Source of the DNA: Alphaproteobacteria bacterium
GTDB lineage: Bacteria; Pseudomonadota; Alphaproteobacteria; GCA-2731375
Direction: 5' to 3'
Length of the DNA stretch: 64,000 bases
Assembly: GCA_965232515.1 (NCBI GenBank)
Contig: CBDDPY010000002.1
Location: 960,001 to 1,024,000 of the forward strand
Made by a program: the position numbers and the translations under genes. The notes beneath the pieces are model-generated. The model saw only the letters and a list, made by a program, of their open reading frames with translations. It had not been told where the DNA came from and searched no databases. Shown one piece after another: positions 60,998 through 64,000 of this stretch; positions within the stretch are counted from its first letter, which is position 1, and the number at the start of each line of letters is the position of its first letter.

Positions 60998-63799
60998 TTA
61001 GAACTCTTCCCACTCGTCGTCCGCTTCGGCGACCGCCGCGGCGGCCGCGCCGCCGCCACCGCCGACCGCGGCCACCTTGGTCGCGATCGTCTGCTGCTGC
61101 TGATGCACGGGGTTCGGCGCGGCGGCCGGCGCGGGGGCAGGGGCCGCGTCCAGGCCCAGCTCGTCCTCCGCCTCGCCGGTCCTGAAGAAGCTCACCAGCT
61201 TCTTCAGATCGTCGACCTGCGCCGTCGTCGAGTGCAGCGCCGCCGTGGTCTCTTCCACCAGGGCCGCGTTCTGCTGCGTCATCTCGTCCATGTTCGAGAC
61301 CGCCGTGCCGACCTCGTCCAGGCCGGAGGCCTGTTCCTTGCTGGCCGCGGCGATGTCCGAGATGATGTCCGCCACCTTCTTCACCGAAGTGACGATCTCC
61401 TCCAGCGAGGTGCCGGCCTTCTGTACCAGGCCGACGCCGTCGCGAACCTGGCTGTCCGAGTTGCTGATCAGGTCCTTGATCTCCTTCGAGGCCTTGCCCG
61501 AGCGCTGGGCCAGGGCCCGGACTTCCGTCGCCACCACGGCGAAGCCCTTGCCGGCTTCGCCGGCGCGCGCCGCCTCGACCGCCGCGTTCAGCGCCAGCAG
61601 GTTGGTCTGGAAGGCGATCTCGTCGATCATGCTCATGATCTCGGTGATCTGCTTCGACGAGTCCTCGATCTTGCTCATGGCATCTACCGCCGAAGCGACC
61701 ACCTCACCGCCATTCGACGCCGCGTCGCGGGCCGCGACCGCCAGCTGATTGGCCTGCTGGGCATTGTCGGCGTTCTGACGCACCGTCGCCGACAGCTCCT
61801 CCATCGAGGCCGCGGTCTCCTCCAGCGACGAGGCCTGCTGCTCGGTGCGCGACGAGAGATCCCCGGCGCCCGACGCGATCTCGGACGTCGCGTCGCTGAC
61901 CGTGCCGGTCGCCGCCACAATGCGCTTGGCGATGCCGCCGATCTTCTCGGCCATCTGGTTCGAGTCGCCCTTCAGCTTGGCGAAGGTGCCCTGGTAGTCG
62001 CCTTCGATACGCTGGGTCAGGTCGCCCTGCGCCATCGCCGACATCACCGAGACCGTCTCGTTCAGGCCCCGGTCGACGGTGCCGACCAGCTGGTTCATGC
62101 CCTTGGCCAGCTCCAGCATGAAGCCCTGCTTGCCGGTCTCCTCCAGCCGCCGGCTGAAGTCGCCCGCGCCCGCCGCCGTCACCAGATCCGCGACCTCGTC
62201 CTCGACCGCCAGCTGCGCCGTCACGTCGGTCCACTCGACCGAGGTCCCGGCCCGCTCGCCGCCCGGTCCGAACACCGGCGTCACGATCAGATCGAAGGTC
62301 AGGCCGGCGACCGAGACCCGGCCGTTGTACGGCGCCTTCAGGCCGTCCAGCAGATTGCGCTGGTGCGACGGGTTCTTGTGGAACACGTCGATGTTGGTGC
62401 CGACCAGATTGTTCAGGTCGAACGCCGGCAGCTCCTGGCGGATGTCCGACTCCCGCGTCCGCATCAGATCGACCAGCGCCTTGTTGGCGTAGACGATGTT
62501 GTAGTCGGCGTCCGCGATCATGAAGTTGGTCGACGCCGCGTCGAGCGTCGACTTCGCCCGCGCCATCTCTTCCTCTGTGACCAGCTTCTCGGTCACGTCC
62601 ATCCACTGCACAGAGGTGGCGATCCGCTCGCCCTGCTCGTTGAAGGCCGGCGTCACCACCAGATCGAAGGTCACCCCGCCGATCGTCAGGCGGCCCTCGT
62701 GCGGCTGCCGCAGCCCGGCCAGGATGCCGCGCTGGTGCGCCGGGTTCTTGTGGAAGACGTCGATGTTGGTGCCGACCAGGTTCTTGGCGTCGAGGTTCGG
62801 CAGGTCCTGCCGCATCTCCGCCTCGCGGCTTTCGAACAGCTCGTGCGCCGACTTGTTCATGTAGACGATGTTGTAGTCGGCGTCCGCGATCATGAAGCTC
62901 GCCGACGCGTTGTCCAGCGCCGAGCGCGCCTGCGCCGCCTGCGAGCCGATCATCCGGATCTTGTCCAGAGAACGGGCGATATCGCCGATCTCATCTTTGT
63001 TGTCCAAGCCGGGCAACTCGGCATTGATGTCGCCGCCCGCCATTTGACCGATGCTGCCGACCATGACCTGCAGCGGACGGCTGACCGAGCGCGTCATGAA
63101 GAACGCCACAATCACGCCGAACAGCAGGCCGCCACCGGCGATGCTCATGATCAGTGTGAGCGCGAACCGCTCGTGCGCCAGGGCGGTCCTGGCCGCGTGT
63201 TCGGTAAAGCTGGCAACCTCGTCGACCAGGGCTTCCAGCTCGTGATCCAGCTTGTCGGCTTCCGCCTCGACCTTTCCGGCCAGCTTGATGGCCTTCTCGA
63301 CCTGCCCGGTCTCCAGCAGGCCGAACACCTCCACGGCGTGCTCGTCGAAGCTCTTATGCGCGATCTCGATCGCCTTCAGGGCACTGGCGACTTTCGCGAA
63401 CTCCGCCCGCACCTCGTCCGTATGCGCATGCTCGACACCGGCTTCCGCCATATGCTCCAGTTCAAGCAACTCGCCGTCCACCTTGTGGCCAAGTTCGCTG
63501 AAGTGTTTGCGCGACTCGTTGAAGTGCGCGACGGCCTCGCTGTGCGACTGCATCTCCTCGCCGTAACGCAAGGCGCGTTCCATGGCGATCGTCTGCTCCA
63601 GCTGGTGCAACGTGACGTTTGTCAGACCGCGTGTCAGCGGGATGTCCTCTTCCGCGATGGTGGTCAGCTCATCGCCGATCTGTCCCATCTGAACGATGCC
63701 CACGGCCGCAATGGCGATGCCGACCGCCAGCAAAATGCCGGCAAGTCCGGCGATACGGGTGGAAATCTTCAGATTGGAGAGACTCAATAGCGCCTTCAT
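60998..63799 (-). CDS. Methyl-accepting chemotaxis protein: TM - four-helix-bundle sensor - TM - HAMP - 2 Aer2-like PAS - signalling domain - pentapeptide
   Basis: Cytoplasmic part nearly identical to 55730-57670, periplasmic domain unrelated; ends EWEEF. Start ATG 63799 (AGGAG RBS) or 63829. Confidence 0.95.
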   Translation of the reverse strand: MKALLSLSNLKISTRIAGLAGILLAVGIAIAAVGIVQMGQIGDELTTIAEEDIPLTRGLTNVTLHQLEQTIAMERALRYGEEMQSHSEAVAHFNESRKHFSELGHKVDGELLELEHMAEAGVEHAHTDEVRAEFAKVASALKAIEIAHKSFDEHAVEVFGLLETGQVEKAIKLAGKVEAEADKLDHELEALVDEVASFTEHAARTALAHERFALTLIMSIAGGGLLFGVIVAFFMTRSVSRPLQVMVGSIGQMAGGDINAELPGLDNKDEIGDIARSLDKIRMIGSQAAQARSALDNASASFMIADADYNIVYMNKSAHELFESREAEMRQDLPNLDAKNLVGTNIDVFHKNPAHQRGILAGLRQPHEGRLTIGGVTFDLVVTPAFNEQGERIATSVQWMDVTEKLVTEEEMARAKSTLDAASTNFMIADADYNIVYANKALVDLMRTRESDIRQELPAFDLNNLVGTNIDVFHKNPSHQRNLLDGLKAPYNGRVSVAGLTFDLIVTPVFGPGGERAGTSVEWTDVTAQLAVEDEVADLVTAAGAGDFSRRLEETGKQGFMLELAKGMNQLVGTVDRGLNETVSVMSAMAQGDLTQRIEGDYQGTFAKLKGDSNQMAEKIGGIAKRIVAATGTVSDATSEIASGAGDLSSRTEQQASSLEETAASMEELSATVRQNADNAQQANQLAVAARDAASNGGEVVASAVDAMSKIEDSSKQITEIMSMIDEIAFQTNLLALNAAVEAARAGEAGKGFAVVATEVRALAQRSGKASKEIKDLISNSDSQVRDGVGLVQKAGTSLEEIVTSVKKVADIISDIAAASKEQASGLDEVGTAVSNMDEMTQQNAALVEETTAALHSTTAQVDDLKKLVSFFRTGEAEDELGLDAAPAPAPAAAPNPVHQQQQTIATKVAAVGGGGGAAAAAVAEADDEWEEF

Positions 63800-64000
63800 T
63801 GCCAGACTCCTGACGTCAGCAACCCCCATTTGGTGAACATCGCGCCCGACGGCGCCCGCATGGCGGCGAGACCCAGGCGCCAGACGCCCGATCCCTTCAT
63901 GCGAAAATCCAATTCAATTTAATTAGATTTCTCTGAAATTTAGGTTAAGCACCTGTGTTAACTTCGCTTCCGATCCGACAATCGATCGTTGACCAATGTC

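Noticed and set aside
63943-63963. GTTAA-N9-TTAAC upstream of the second MCP as a CtrA box
   Set aside because: The spacing is 9 rather than 7. It may be another operator, but the window ends here and I cannot support a call.

Overview
High-GC alphaproteobacterial chromosomal window (Rhodospirillales-like gene order: phaC, aminotransferase-hom-glpX-recJ-tRNA-Glu, and tRNA-Pro-NDUFS4-like-tRNA-Arg). I saw no prophage, integrase, transposase or CRISPR array. The left half is mostly housekeeping and metabolism: AzlCD exporter with a divergent ABATE/CGNR regulator, PHA synthase, a complete form II cox (molybdenum hydroxylase) cluster, a hicB-hicA pair, an MrpA-less Mrp operon with three D-type subunits and a mosaic distal end, and a TPP-riboswitch ABC transporter. 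From about 36 kb the window is an accessory sensing and signalling region. It holds (1) an ArsR/SmtB + 55-aa metallothionein (missing from the ORF track) + CDF metal module; (2) a three-gene eukaryote-like module (secreted His/Cys protein, kinase-STAND-TM-WD40 protein, divergent class III cyclase-FHA), my best candidate for an undescribed system; (3) a dimethylformamidase-family two-subunit enzyme; (4) duplicated LuxR-type regulators flanking a PEP-CTERM gene with a sigma54-type promoter; (5) an alpha-carbonic anhydrase with substituted active-site residues; (6) two membrane-bound double-PAS (Aer2-like) chemoreceptors with different periplasmic sensors; and (7) a LOV-GGDEF protein. All calls come from reading motifs by eye. 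No database searches were run.
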